Positions 18,083 through 27,396 of a stretch of 42,379 nt of DNA are shown here, in pieces (position 1 is the stretch's first letter; each line of letters opens with the position of its first letter). Under the pieces are notes generated by a model, which saw only the letters and a program-made list of their open reading frames with translations, did not search any database and was not told the DNA's origin. Source of the stretch: Escherichia phage aldrigsur; sequence record MN850592.1; one strand, written 5' to 3'. Position numbers and translations under genes: made by a program.

Positions 18083-20544
18083 AATGCGATACCCTTACTC
18101 GTCAGGAATTGTCTCTTAAACTCCAGCACTTCATCGGCTGTCGTCTCTACGTGGTGCTTCTCGTACATGCTTGGCCCTGCTTCCACCTCTGCCGGGAACG
18201 GCACTGTCAGGTTATACTCTGGCCATACGTGGTTATAGTATTCCGGGATGCTCTCCATGATTGCCTTGAGTCCAACGAAGAACTCGTGAGGGCAGTCAGG
18301 TGCAATGTCGAAATAGAATGCGTCATGCACTTGGTTGATGGGAACCACACGCCCACCAAAGAAGTCATTCGATAGCAGCCAGCGGAACAGCAAGCCACCG
18401 ATTCCCTGTACCCAAAATGCTGTCTCACCCTGAATGGGATAGTTACGCATCTGAGTTGGTTTGTATTCCATCAGGTGAGCACGCGCCGCCTTGTTCCATT
18501 TCTCGTACTGACGGAATGAATAACAAGTTCCACCCGGCGAACGGAAGTGACCACGGCGATACACCTGCCACCGCCCGTTCTCGTCCTGCTCCTTGAATAC
18601 ATTGCTCTGTCCACTTTTCTCTACGGCAGGGAAGATAACCGCGTCGAACCATTCTTCAACTTCCGGGAACAGACCCTTCTCGTTGTCGATGAACGCCTGC
18701 GCTTCTTCCTCTGAGCAACCAGTCGAGTAAGCAATACCTCGCGCTGTTGCACCGTACTGGTATGAGAACGCCTTCGGCTTAATGTCAGTACGCATCTGAC
18801 TGTACCGTGCATGGTCAGGATGGGATTCATCCTTGCACTTCTTAAGCACGTCCTCGTACGGCTCGTTGAGCTGAGCTGACAATCGCATACAGTGCATGTC
18901 GATACCATCGAGCAATGCACGAATCAGGTTCTTATCCTTACTGAACCCGGCCAGCCCCACCACTTCCAGTGCCGAGTAGTCAGCTTCAACGATGCGGCCA
19001 CCTTCACCAAAGCGGGAGGTGAACATCTGCTTAACCTTACTCGTACCTTTACGTGGCAAGTTCTGGCTGTTCGGTCGCGCCGAAGATAAGCGCGTCGTCT
19101 CGGTCGCGGTCATGTTGATGGTGTGGTGTACGATACTGTCCGGCTGGATGAACTGCATCATCCCCGACTGGCCAGTCACGTTACCTTCTTCATCGAACGT
19201 CTCGCTGAGGTAGTAGGTGCCGAGGTCTTTCTGTGCCTTGGCCCGGTCAGCAATCTCCACCACGCCGGGAATCTTACGAGCTGCCAGAATGTCCAGCACC
19301 TCACCCGCCGTACTGAATACCGGGGAACCATCGGCCAGCCTACGCTTACCTACCCAATCACCTGTGCGCCGGAGATACTCGCCCGGCTTCTTCGGGTCTT
19401 CCCATTCGAGGTTGTCTGCAATCTCCTTCGCTCGTTTATCCTGCACACGCAGAAGCCCCGGCATACGGAACAGCACCTCACCCCACTTGGTATCCACCTC
19501 GTCGGTAGCCAGCTTCTCAAACTTCGGCTCGCCCTTGTGCTTGCCGCTGGTGTAGATAGTCTGGTGTACCTTCTCAACCGGGTCGTACCACAACCCAGTC
19601 TCGTCATCCCACTCACACTCGCTGGTATGCTTGAGCCACTTGTCCTTGCCTCGCTTGAACAGTGGTGCATCCACCTTCACGTAAATGAGATTGCCCTCGG
19701 CATCCCGGCGCTCGACTCGCGCCTTGTACTTCATCACACCACCGAACACGAAGGCGCTCATGTGATAAGCTGACGTGAACTTGAATTGCTCACGCGCTTC
19801 CTTCGGCATGTCGGCTGGCAGGTAACTCAGCAGCGTTTCAGTCAGCCCACTGATTGCATCCTGTAACTCGCGACGGTTGCGCTCGGCTACCTCGCGGTCA
19901 ACATGCAGACCAGCGTGCATCATGTACGCCCACATGAGCATACCTTCGAAGCGGGTCAGTGCCATCGGCAACATGCCCTGCTTTGTCAGTTCAGCCCACT
20001 GACCAACGAACAGCTTGGTCGTGTTCTCAATATCCCCGGACGGCCCGGACAGATACTCGCTCAGCAGCTCAGGGTCAATCTGGCTGGTCAGGTAGCCTGA
20101 CTCCCACATTGCCTTGACTGCATCCACCTTGTGAGTACCACCATACTTCGGTGCTGTCTCGTTCAAGGATGGGTACTGGGATTGCTGATGCGTCAGCAGG
20201 TACTCAGCATACGCGGTACAGAATACACGGCCACCTCGTTTGAGGAAGGCAATGAACTCGTCACCGTAATGCTCGAACCACCAGCTCAATTCATACGGCG
20301 CGTTGTGAGCTACCAGAATGTTCGTGTCAGGATGCAGGTGCAGACTCTTGTTCTGCAACCAGTCCTCACGAGAACTGTACCGATACTCCTCGCGCTCGTA
20401 GAATACCCAGCCATCCTTGGTCAGCACACAGTCACGCTGGCCCTGCATAACCACATAGTTATCCGGGCAGCGCGGCGATGCCAGCTCCCCATACCACTCA
20501 TGGTTCTCAGTCTCAACGTCGATTACCTGTGCTCTTATTGCCAT
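18079..20544 (-). CDS. Family A DNA polymerase with N-terminal 3'-5' exonuclease (T7 gp5-like), 821 aa
   Basis: Motif A region VEADYSALEVVGLA, motif C NQVHDAFYFD, Exo I-like VIDVETEN. Confidence 0.9.
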   Translation of the reverse strand: MAIRAQVIDVETENHEWYGELASPRCPDNYVVMQGQRDCVLTKDGWVFYEREEYRYSSREDWLQNKSLHLHPDTNILVAHNAPYELSWWFEHYGDEFIAFLKRGGRVFCTAYAEYLLTHQQSQYPSLNETAPKYGGTHKVDAVKAMWESGYLTSQIDPELLSEYLSGPSGDIENTTKLFVGQWAELTKQGMLPMALTRFEGMLMWAYMMHAGLHVDREVAERNRRELQDAISGLTETLLSYLPADMPKEAREQFKFTSAYHMSAFVFGGVMKYKARVERRDAEGNLIYVKVDAPLFKRGKDKWLKHTSECEWDDETGLWYDPVEKVHQTIYTSGKHKGEPKFEKLATDEVDTKWGEVLFRMPGLLRVQDKRAKEIADNLEWEDPKKPGEYLRRTGDWVGKRRLADGSPVFSTAGEVLDILAARKIPGVVEIADRAKAQKDLGTYYLSETFDEEGNVTGQSGMMQFIQPDSIVHHTINMTATETTRLSSARPNSQNLPRKGTSKVKQMFTSRFGEGGRIVEADYSALEVVGLAGFSKDKNLIRALLDGIDMHCMRLSAQLNEPYEDVLKKCKDESHPDHARYSQMRTDIKPKAFSYQYGATARGIAYSTGCSEEEAQAFIDNEKGLFPEVEEWFDAVIFPAVEKSGQSNVFKEQDENGRWQVYRRGHFRSPGGTCYSFRQYEKWNKAARAHLMEYKPTQMRNYPIQGETAFWVQGIGGLLFRWLLSNDFFGGRVVPINQVHDAFYFDIAPDCPHEFFVGLKAIMESIPEYYNHVWPEYNLTVPFPAEVEAGPSMYEKHHVETTADEVLEFKRQFLTSKGIAL

Positions 20545-20554
20545 TCATCCCCCG

Positions 20555-21238
20555 CTATGCTGTGCCACCCAAATGGTCTGGCATACGATTGACGTATGCT
20601 TCGATGCGCTCGCGGTGTGTCTCGTGCTTCTCAAGCATGTAGGCCACACGACTCAGGCTGGCATCCGGTCGGCAGACACGGAGAGTCAGCAGGTCGTCGT
20701 AGCTTTCAACCAGACTGGCCAGCGCCGGATACCACTGCACGTCCTCGGCTGTTAGCTTCGGCTCATACGGGTACGCCATGAACTCACCGGGGTCACGGCT
20801 GTACTGCCCGGAGTATCGCGGGATACTGGACGGGAAGTAGAACTGGTTCAGGTTGAAGTCGAACTCGCTCAGCACCTGTGACCAGCAGCCACATTTACTA
20901 ATGATGATGTCAACCGGGCCGAGCTTGAACACACCGTACAGACGGGAACCGAAGTCGCCGCCCTCGGCTGCGTCGTGGTAGCTTGGCATGTACTCATACG
21001 GCAGGTTGTGCTGCTTGGCATACGCTTCGAGGTTGGTGTCCAACCATTCCAATCTACCGACCACGCGGCTTACATCCCCACCCCAACCGAAGACCACGAT
21101 GTCATAGTCCTTCGGCTCAACACCCAGCGCTGTATCCCTTGCCCCTCCCCCGGCAACCACAAAGTTCAGCTCATGTGATTGCAGCAGACGGCAGATGTCC
21201 TCTGCCCATACGCGCTTGACTTCTGCATTACTTATCAT
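20555..21238 (-). CDS. Pol-beta-superfamily nucleotidyltransferase, CCA-adding/poly(A) polymerase head-domain-like, 227 aa
   Basis: FVVAGGGARDTALGVEPKDYDIVVFG matches class II CCA/PAP head signature GGxVRDxLLGxxPKDxDxVV (E. coli Cca N-terminus as I recall it); lacks DNA ligase KxDG motif. Confidence 0.65.
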   Translation of the reverse strand: MISNAEVKRVWAEDICRLLQSHELNFVVAGGGARDTALGVEPKDYDIVVFGWGGDVSRVVGRLEWLDTNLEAYAKQHNLPYEYMPSYHDAAEGGDFGSRLYGVFKLGPVDIIISKCGCWSQVLSEFDFNLNQFYFPSSIPRYSGQYSRDPGEFMAYPYEPKLTAEDVQWYPALASLVESYDDLLTLRVCRPDASLSRVAYMLEKHETHRERIEAYVNRMPDHLGGTA

Positions 21239-21419
21239 GCTTCTGTTTCCCCTTGCGATAAGTGAAGTTCACCACTGCCACCACATCAGCAGGCGGCACA
21301 TTGAAACGTTCGGCCAGCGCCTCAGCACCACGGAACGCATCACCCTTCCGGTACTGCGCCCGGATGGTTGCTTGCTCACGTTGGTTTAAGGGTGCCGCTC
21401 GATACGTGCGTTCTTCCAT
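21228..21419 (-). CDS. Hypothetical basic protein, 63 aa
   Basis: ATG with GGAG SD. Confidence 0.45.
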   Translation of the reverse strand: MEERTYRAAPLNQREQATIRAQYRKGDAFRGAEALAERFNVPPADVVAVVNFTYRKGKQKHDK

Positions 21420-21539
21420 ACTGCTTTACTCCACACTTTTCACACTCGTAAATCACCAGCGTCTTGCCAGTGGCCTTGCCCTTGGTCTGCTCAGCCAGCA
21501 GACTGCCGCCGCAAGAGCAACGGCGATAGCTGCGACCCT

Positions 21540-21902
21540 TCACCACTTACTCGGCACGCTGCCGGGCAGGTAGCTGGTCGTTGGCTTACGCTCAACGTAC
21601 TGGTTGTACACTGACATGGCATCGCACGCCGCTTGGTACAGACGCTCAGCCTCAGCGTAACTCCAGTCCTCGGCAGTCGCCTCCGGTTCCGGCGTGGCTG
21701 CCACATGCGGCGCGTCACCAATCCGCGCCCACGACGCATGGCGTGCAGTCCACGAGCCGCTGATACCAGAACCACGCGCACCATCATCGCGGTCAATGCT
21801 CACGTACTTGTCGTTGATGTCAACCACAGTACCCTTCGCACCGTAATGCACACTGCGTGCATCAATGTTTACTACTCGGTCGCCTACCTTTAAATGGCTC
21901 AT
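21540..21902 (-). CDS. Hypothetical protein, 120 aa
   Basis: ORF tightly coupled downstream of helicase. Confidence 0.5.
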   Translation of the reverse strand: MSHLKVGDRVVNIDARSVHYGAKGTVVDINDKYVSIDRDDGARGSGISGSWTARHASWARIGDAPHVAATPEPEATAEDWSYAEAERLYQAACDAMSVYNQYVERKPTTSYLPGSVPSKW

Positions 21903-23167
21903 TACATATCCTCGTATTGGCAGCGGTCAGCAAAGAAGTGTACCTGCGACCGCACGTTGCTTGGACGCCCAGCAATCTGGCGTTTGTTCTTCGGCGTACT
22001 GACACCGCGCCGCGCCGCCAGTGATGGGTCATCCACACTGCCGAGCATCACGATAACATCAGTCGCCCCTTGGATACCAGTCTTGGAATCCTTGAGCGCA
22101 TCCAGTGCCGGGAACATATCATCGGCACCATCAGCAGATACCTGCACCGTAGCCAGCGACACAAAGTTGTGACGCACAGCCAGCTCACGTACCTCCTGCC
22201 ATAGCTGCTCGACCTGACTCGCCTTGTTACTGGACGGGTCAGACACAGACAGCTTGAAGTTGGCAAGCATATCCCACACCACAATGCACGGGTTCATCGC
22301 TTCGATAACTTGCTCAGCTTTCGCCAGCGTTGCACCGTGCATATCCTTCACACGAATCACATTGGCTGGCGCACCCAGTGCCTTGGCATACGCAGCGTGC
22401 AGCTTGCTCCTGTCCTCACCCAGCGCTTTCAGTTCCGGGAGCGTACAGTTGAGCGCCGCCTGATAGATTCGCGGGATGATGTTGATGCCCTGCCCCTCAT
22501 TGTTGAACCAGAGGATTGGCCTGCCCGGATACAGCTTCGCTGCTGTCGCCGCCATTCGCGTAAGGTTAAACGCGATGAAGCTGGTCTTCCCACTGTCAGG
22601 TCGGGCAGCGATTGCAACGGAGTCGCCGGGAAGCAGTACGCGTACGCTATCTTGCAGGCACATGAGACCGAACTTAAAGCCTTGGTCATCATCAGTCCGA
22701 TTAATAATGTCAACAACATCGTCATCGACGTAATCGGTAACGGATGATTGACCCCGACTGCGGCGTGCGCCCTCAGCCAGACGGCCAAGCTCATAGATAA
22801 TATCCAGTTCTTCACCATTGTCGTACCTCTGCATTAGCAGGTTCGCACGACCAGCAGTGTCCAACTCTACGAGCTGGTCAAGGATGCCCTCCTTCTGTTC
22901 CTTCGTTGGCTTGTACTCTTTGAGCTGAGCGCACAACGAATCGAAGGCTGCCATCTGTTCAGGCGTGCTGCCTGTCTTCAAACGAACATGCGTACCCAGT
23001 GTCTCAATGTCAATGAAGTCACTGTCCGGGAACGCGTCAAAGTATGAGCCATAAGCACGCAGCATATAGCCCGTGGTCTGGCTCATTGTATCTTCCGGGA
23101 TGGCGTGTCGCAGGGAGTTGTACTTCCCGCGCTCGCGCATCACCGTTAACAACAGCTTGTCAAGCAC
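21902..23167 (-). CDS. DnaB-like replicative DNA helicase, 421 aa
   Basis: Walker A AARPDSGKTSF; position after primase. Confidence 0.85.
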   Translation of the reverse strand: MLDKLLLTVMRERGKYNSLRHAIPEDTMSQTTGYMLRAYGSYFDAFPDSDFIDIETLGTHVRLKTGSTPEQMAAFDSLCAQLKEYKPTKEQKEGILDQLVELDTAGRANLLMQRYDNGEELDIIYELGRLAEGARRSRGQSSVTDYVDDDVVDIINRTDDDQGFKFGLMCLQDSVRVLLPGDSVAIAARPDSGKTSFIAFNLTRMAATAAKLYPGRPILWFNNEGQGINIIPRIYQAALNCTLPELKALGEDRSKLHAAYAKALGAPANVIRVKDMHGATLAKAEQVIEAMNPCIVVWDMLANFKLSVSDPSSNKASQVEQLWQEVRELAVRHNFVSLATVQVSADGADDMFPALDALKDSKTGIQGATDVIVMLGSVDDPSLAARRGVSTPKNKRQIAGRPSNVRSQVHFFADRCQYEDM

Positions 23168-23168
23168 A

Positions 23169-23879
23169 TCACTCTCCTACTATCTGCACTCGCCCTACCA
23201 CGCGCAGTTCCCTGCGGATACGTTGAGCACTTGGGTGGTGACAGATGACCACGATGTTGTAGCCATAGGCCAGCGTCACACTGACCAGTGCCTGCAACGT
23301 TGTGTCATCCACGTTCGGTACGAATGCACAGTTGCCCCCGTCTCGTACCTGCTGTAGATACTCAGCCACCTCGCCATAAATCCACAGGCAGTTTGTCTCA
23401 GCATCACCACGCGGGTGTACCTTCATCGCCAAGCTATGCTTGTGCGGCGAGCGCCACGGGATGAACTGCCTGCCCGTGTAGTCCAGACCACAGTAGCTGC
23501 CCGTGTCGTCCGGCAGATACAGCCTGCCATACGTTGGGCTTGCAGTCAGGAGTGACAGGTGCGGCATCAGGTTCTCGCGCTCCAGCACGGGCAGGAGAAG
23601 GCGGGGCTGCTTGGCAATCACCTCAGTGATAGGCACAACATCAGTCGGCACCTTCACCTGCACCTCGGCTGGCGGTACGTACACTGCATGGGTCAGGTCA
23701 TGCTTGCGGCTGTACCCACAGCGATGGCACTTGCACCAGATGTAATCCGGCGCACGGCCATACTCAAAGTTGGTCTTGCTGAATGACCGCGAGCAACTGT
23801 GAAACGTCCTTCGCTTTTGTCCTACTGGCAGACGCTTCGCCAGCTCCGGCCACTCGTCGTTGCTCACTGATTTCATCAT
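23169..23879 (-). CDS. DNA primase (zinc-binding N-terminus), 236 aa
   Basis: Cys/His cluster HSCSRS...CKCHRCG near N-terminus; located directly upstream of helicase as in phiKMV-like phages. Confidence 0.6.
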   Translation of the reverse strand: MMKSVSNDEWPELAKRLPVGQKRRTFHSCSRSFSKTNFEYGRAPDYIWCKCHRCGYSRKHDLTHAVYVPPAEVQVKVPTDVVPITEVIAKQPRLLLPVLERENLMPHLSLLTASPTYGRLYLPDDTGSYCGLDYTGRQFIPWRSPHKHSLAMKVHPRGDAETNCLWIYGEVAEYLQQVRDGGNCAFVPNVDDTTLQALVSVTLAYGYNIVVICHHPSAQRIRRELRVVGRVQIVGE

Positions 23880-24316
23880 TCGTTATCCCACTCTGGTATG
23901 TACTGAATCTTCTTCTTCATCTTCACGCTGGCTACAACTTGCAGCACACGGACAGTACCTCCGTTGCGCTCAGCCAAACGCTCAGCTTCTTCCCGCGCAT
24001 CCAGTTCAGTGATGTGCTCAACCTTCGGCGGTGCATTGCTGCCTTCAACCAAGCACATGTAGCGGCCCCGGTCTTCTGGCTTGCGGCTGACCAGACTGGT
24101 GTTTTCCTCCAGCCAGTCAGACTTGTAGTGGCTGATGTCCGGCTGTGCATTCAGCCGCTCACCAATCCAGCTCACGATGTAGCGGGTCTCACCACTGCGC
24201 TCCCATGCTCGGCGGTCAGGGTTAACCCATGCGATGATACCCAGCTTACCTGACCGGGTGCCAGTGTCGTTGTGACCTACAATCTCGTCACCGATTTTGT
24301 ACTTAGGCTTTACCAT
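23876..24316 (-). CDS. Hypothetical protein, 146 aa
   Basis: ORF with coupled start/stop. Confidence 0.5.
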   Translation of the reverse strand: MVKPKYKIGDEIVGHNDTGTRSGKLGIIAWVNPDRRAWERSGETRYIVSWIGERLNAQPDISHYKSDWLEENTSLVSRKPEDRGRYMCLVEGSNAPPKVEHITELDAREEAERLAERNGGTVRVLQVVASVKMKKKIQYIPEWDNE

Positions 24317-24513
24317 CTAATCCACCTCCGGCTCTGACCTACGCTCAGGCTTACGTGCATCAAGCCCCAGCCTACCAGCATACCGAGCAGCGTACCCACC
24401 GAAGAAGTAGCCGACTCACCGATGGCGGGTATCAGTGCGAACACTGCCAGCGCCATCCATAAAGCTCCCCAAATAATAACGAGGAACAGGAACAACAATA
24501 TAACTCGGAACAT
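24310..24513 (-). CDS. Small membrane protein (two TM helices), 67 aa
   Basis: Strongly hydrophobic sequence. Confidence 0.45.
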   Translation of the reverse strand: MFRVILLFLFLVIIWGALWMALAVFALIPAIGESATSSVGTLLGMLVGWGLMHVSLSVGQSRRWIRW

Positions 24514-24532
24514 ATTTCATCCTCACGTTGGC

Positions 24533-24551
24533 CAATATAGACACCTTCATA
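24533..24551 (-). promoter_or_regulatory. Copy of 19-bp conserved box (TATGAAGGTGTCTATATTG), 20 nt upstream of the 24513 start; candidate promoter
   Basis: 17/19 match to boxes at 10508..10526 and 31190..31208; preceded by hairpin 24552..24576. Confidence 0.3.
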
Positions 24552-24576
24552 ATGCCTGCTAAATAATAACAGGCAT
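24552..24576 (-). terminator. Stem-loop (7-bp stem ATGCCTG/CAGGCAT, 11-nt AT-rich loop) in intergenic gap
   Basis: Inverted repeat seen directly; lies between stop at 24587 and next start at 24513. Confidence 0.3.
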
Positions 24577-24586
24577 GAGTAGATGA

Positions 24587-24757
24587 CTACGCCGGAATAA
24601 CATTACGCACTATGCGTTGCAGGTCTTCGAGTTTACTCTCGGCTTCCCACTTTGTATCACGCACAGCCAAAGGTTTATTCGGCTGGAGTTTATTAACAAC
24701 CCACCAGAATAATCCGGTGGGTGATTTGACTACGGCCAGCTTAGTGTCGCGTTGCAT
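24587..24757 (-). CDS. Hypothetical protein, ~56 aa
   Basis: ATG at 24757 with GGAG SD (ORF track 24587..24778 from GTG). Confidence 0.35.
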   Translation of the reverse strand: MQRDTKLAVVKSPTGLFWWVVNKLQPNKPLAVRDTKWEAESKLEDLQRIVRNVIPA

Positions 24758-25253
24758 TCTTCGACTCCAGCATTGCACGAATCATCTGCTCAACGTTGCC
24801 CTTGATAGTACGCATCGTTGTGTCAATGAACTCGCCCACGAACAGCAGACCCAGCGCCGTCTCGCTAATATCCCCCGGCACATTGGAGCACGCCATGTAC
24901 CAGTCGTGATACTTCTCAGCAATATCAACCGAGGACATAGCCTGCGCTGCCATCTTACCAGCCAGACGCAGCTCGACCTGCAACTCCTCGTCACCGTCTG
25001 CCTGCGCAGCTCGCATGTTCATGCCGATGATGACGCTGACGTTGCGTGCCAGCAGCGCACCAGTACGAGTGGCCGGAACAATGTCCAGCATACCCTCGCG
25101 CCCGGCACGCACCGCGCCGATGTAACTTTGCTTCGGCAGGTAGCCGCCCTTGAACTCGACCAGCTCACTGAGCATAGGCTCGCTGTCGATGTGTGCAGCC
25201 AGCAGCTTAATCACTTCCAACTGCTTCGGATTAAAAGTTTTGAAGTCAATCAT
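24741..25253 (-). CDS. Hypothetical protein, 170 aa
   Basis: Intact ORF with ATGA overlap. Confidence 0.5.
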   Translation of the reverse strand: MIDFKTFNPKQLEVIKLLAAHIDSEPMLSELVEFKGGYLPKQSYIGAVRAGREGMLDIVPATRTGALLARNVSVIIGMNMRAAQADGDEELQVELRLAGKMAAQAMSSVDIAEKYHDWYMACSNVPGDISETALGLLFVGEFIDTTMRTIKGNVEQMIRAMLESKNATRH

Positions 25254-25549
25254 TTGTTATCCTCTTTCAGAATACGGACGGTGAACTCGTCATCTTCGTA
25301 CGCCTGCCACTCACGCTCAGGCCCATGCCCTAACTTGGTTACGACCAGTCGGCTGCCGTCATACTCCACGGCACCGATGCGCTGGATGTAACCGCCGTAT
25401 GCTACCACGTAGTCACCCAGCTTAAGCTCCTGCGTTTTCTTCTCGACGTACTTGAACGGCGAGTCGTCATGCACAGGGGCTGGCGGTGCGCCAAAGGCAT
25501 CGACCAACCAACGCTGTAGCTTGGCTACGTTATCTTTCCACTTGCTCAT
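25250..25549 (-). CDS. Hypothetical protein, ~99 aa
   Basis: ATG at 25549 with GAGAGGTG SD (ORF track 25250..25576). Confidence 0.45.
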   Translation of the reverse strand: MSKWKDNVAKLQRWLVDAFGAPPAPVHDDSPFKYVEKKTQELKLGDYVVAYGGYIQRIGAVEYDGSRLVVTKLGHGPEREWQAYEDDEFTVRILKEDNK

Positions 25550-25551
25550 AC

Positions 25552-25836
25552 TCACACCTCTCGTTGTTCCAGCCATACCTGCGCGGCTGCATACGCATCT
25601 TCATAACTTACGAAGCCGTCGAACTCGTCGCCGTTCGGTGCGAGGAAGCACCAGTCGAGGTGTTCATGTGGGTTGCCCCGCGAGAATATCACGCAAGGAA
25701 ATACGCCGCCGACTGAATGCCCACGCAGACCGCCGTTGCCAGCACAGTGACCGAGCGTTGCGGCTACCCCACGCAGATGCTCAGCTTCACGGATTGCGCC
25801 AGCCTGTTCGATAATACTTTCAGATGCCAGTACCAT
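25552..25836 (-). CDS. Hypothetical His/Cys-containing protein, ~94 aa
   Basis: ATG at 25836 with AGGGGG SD; ORF track lists longer 25552..26070 version. Confidence 0.45.
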   Translation of the reverse strand: MVLASESIIEQAGAIREAEHLRGVAATLGHCAGNGGLRGHSVGGVFPCVIFSRGNPHEHLDWCFLAPNGDEFDGFVSYEDAYAAAQVWLEQREV

Positions 25837-25838
25837 AG

Positions 25839-25991
25839 TTACCCCCTGATTAAATAGTATTCGTGGTGCATGTAGTGACCGCCGAGATACACCGCCCGGC
25901 TCATTAGGTTCGGGTTGCTCGCCCCACCCAGTGCGCAGTACCCTGCGTAACTTATCTGGTTGGCGTGCGCATTGTATGTGCTGCCACTCAT
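25839..25991 (-). CDS. Hypothetical protein, ~50 aa
   Basis: ATG at 25991 with GAGGTG SD. Confidence 0.3.
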   Translation of the reverse strand: MSGSTYNAHANQISYAGYCALGGASNPNLMSRAVYLGGHYMHHEYYLIRG

Positions 25992-26047
25992 GTTCACCTC
26001 TCTCGTTTGATAATGACACAGCCCCCGCAAGCAGAGGCTGTAGCTTA

Positions 26048-26281
26048 TCACTCGACCAGCTCGAAGCCATCGCCCAGTGTTGTCACCACGTTCTCACCGA
26101 TGTCATCCACCAACCACAGCTCGTCATGCAGGCAGACTTCCAAGCCGTCCGGGTCAACCTCACCCGGCTCAGGGCGACGGGCATCGTACACCTTGTCCAC
26201 TGTCAGGTCACGGGCCACAAACTTACCATGATGGGAGGTGTGCTTCCCGGTGTACAGAACCTTCACATTCGCAGCCATCAC
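26048..26281 (-). CDS. Small acidic protein, paralog family 2 (copy c), 77 aa
   Basis: Shares V(R/A)D..VYDA..GE(L/V)DP.G.E..VDD pattern with 26526..26771. Confidence 0.5.
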   Translation of the reverse strand: MMAANVKVLYTGKHTSHHGKFVARDLTVDKVYDARRPEPGEVDPDGLEVCLHDELWLVDDIGENVVTTLGDGFELVE

Positions 26282-26523
26282 AGCACCTCAAACCAGTCGT
26301 TGTAATCAGAGACAAAGAAGTCACACGGATGACCGCTCTCGTCCAGTACAGCTACAGTCTCGTAGCCTGCCACGTCATCAGCACCCTTGCCGTACACTGC
26401 GGCCAGCTTAGGGAACGCCTTGACCAGATTCTCACCCTCAGCAACCAGCACTGCCGGGTACTCATTGCCCACGGTGAACCCGGTGCGGCGCTTGACTACC
26501 TTCAAAGTTACTTTCTTACCCAT
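26278..26523 (-). CDS. Small acidic protein, paralog family 2 (copy b), 81 aa
   Basis: MGKKVTLKVV N-terminus parallels MSKKVRIEII of copy a; ATG at 26523. Confidence 0.5.
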   Translation of the reverse strand: MGKKVTLKVVKRRTGFTVGNEYPAVLVAEGENLVKAFPKLAAVYGKGADDVAGYETVAVLDESGHPCDFFVSDYNDWFEVL

Positions 26524-26525
26524 GA

Positions 26526-26771
26526 TTATTCCCCCAGTTCTTTGATGGTGATGTCTTTGTGGGCTGACACGAACGCCAGACATTCATCGCCTTCATCATC
26601 AACGAAGGAGTAGCCCGGCTCGTCCAGCTCATAGCCTACCGGGTCAAGCTCACCAGCTTCCAACAGCTCAGCGTCATACACCTGCCCAATGGTGGTGTCA
26701 CGCACAGCGCCAGAGAACCAGTGCGGCTGGGATACGTGGCCGATGATTTCAATGCGTACTTTCTTGCTCAT
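26526..26771 (-). CDS. Small acidic protein, paralog family 2 (copy a), 81 aa
   Basis: Tandem with copies b and c, same size class. Confidence 0.5.
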   Translation of the reverse strand: MSKKVRIEIIGHVSQPHWFSGAVRDTTIGQVYDAELLEAGELDPVGYELDEPGYSFVDDEGDECLAFVSAHKDITIKELGE

Positions 26772-26773
26772 GA

Positions 26774-27109
26774 TTATTCCTCGTTGTCAATACCAAACAG
26801 ATACATCTCACCCTCGTAGATGGGAGTGAGAATCTTGAGCCACGTCTGGATAGCCAGCGGCGCGGCACTGTAATGCAGCTCGTTCAGCAGGTCGATGATG
26901 AATGGCCTGCGCCCGGCGTACGCCTTGAAGCGTTCGATGATTTGCTCGTCGCTCGCCTCACTCGTCAGCATCTGCTGCCCTAAGATTTCAATCTGGTCAA
27001 TGACGACCAGCCCTTCCTGACCATCGGGCAGGCGGTACAACAGTACCGCCACGTCTTGCCCATCCGTAATGTCAGGCCCACGGAATACCTTGACCGGATG
27101 CAACGCCAT
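26774..27109 (-). CDS. Hypothetical protein, 111 aa
   Basis: Intact ORF, tightly coupled. Confidence 0.45.
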   Translation of the reverse strand: MALHPVKVFRGPDITDGQDVAVLLYRLPDGQEGLVVIDQIEILGQQMLTSEASDEQIIERFKAYAGRRPFIIDLLNELHYSAAPLAIQTWLKILTPIYEGEMYLFGIDNEE

Positions 27110-27111
27110 GC

Positions 27112-27396
27112 TTAGACCTCGAAGCTACCGACTTCTTCGTAGCCCTTGGCAGGCATGTCAACCGCAGCAGTAGCGTTCAGCGAACCACCGTGCAGCAGGA
27201 AGGCCAGCTCACCCATGCGTTCGATGTCAGCTTGCAGCGACGGCAGCGCAGCCACAGCATCATCAACCGTGTTCAGCTTCGGCACTTCCTTACAGCCGGA
27301 AATGCAGAGTGCGAAGTTGCCTTCTTCGAAGCCGTCACCAACAACAGCCACGATGTCTTTCTCTTGTGCGGAGTAGTATGCAGTTACTTTAGCCAT
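27112..27396 (-). CDS. Small acidic protein, paralog family 1, ~94 aa
   Basis: ATG at 27396 preceded by conserved upstream module (hairpin, GGCAATCATGCC box, CTGAGGG SD). Confidence 0.5.
   Translation of the reverse strand: MAKVTAYYSAQEKDIVAVVGDGFEEGNFALCISGCKEVPKLNTVDDAVAALPSLQADIERMGELAFLLHGGSLNATAAVDMPAKGYEEVGSFEV

Noticed and set aside
20555-21238. Calling the 227-aa protein at the ligase position a DNA ligase
   Set aside because: No KxDG adenylation motif; instead a clear GGxxRD...D.D Pol-beta/CCA-head signature
25552-26070. ORF-track 172-aa ORF 25552..26070
   Set aside because: It would overlap two other ORFs in different frames; an internal ATG at 25836 with a strong AGGGGG SD gives a 94-aa product consistent with the compact tandem arrangement
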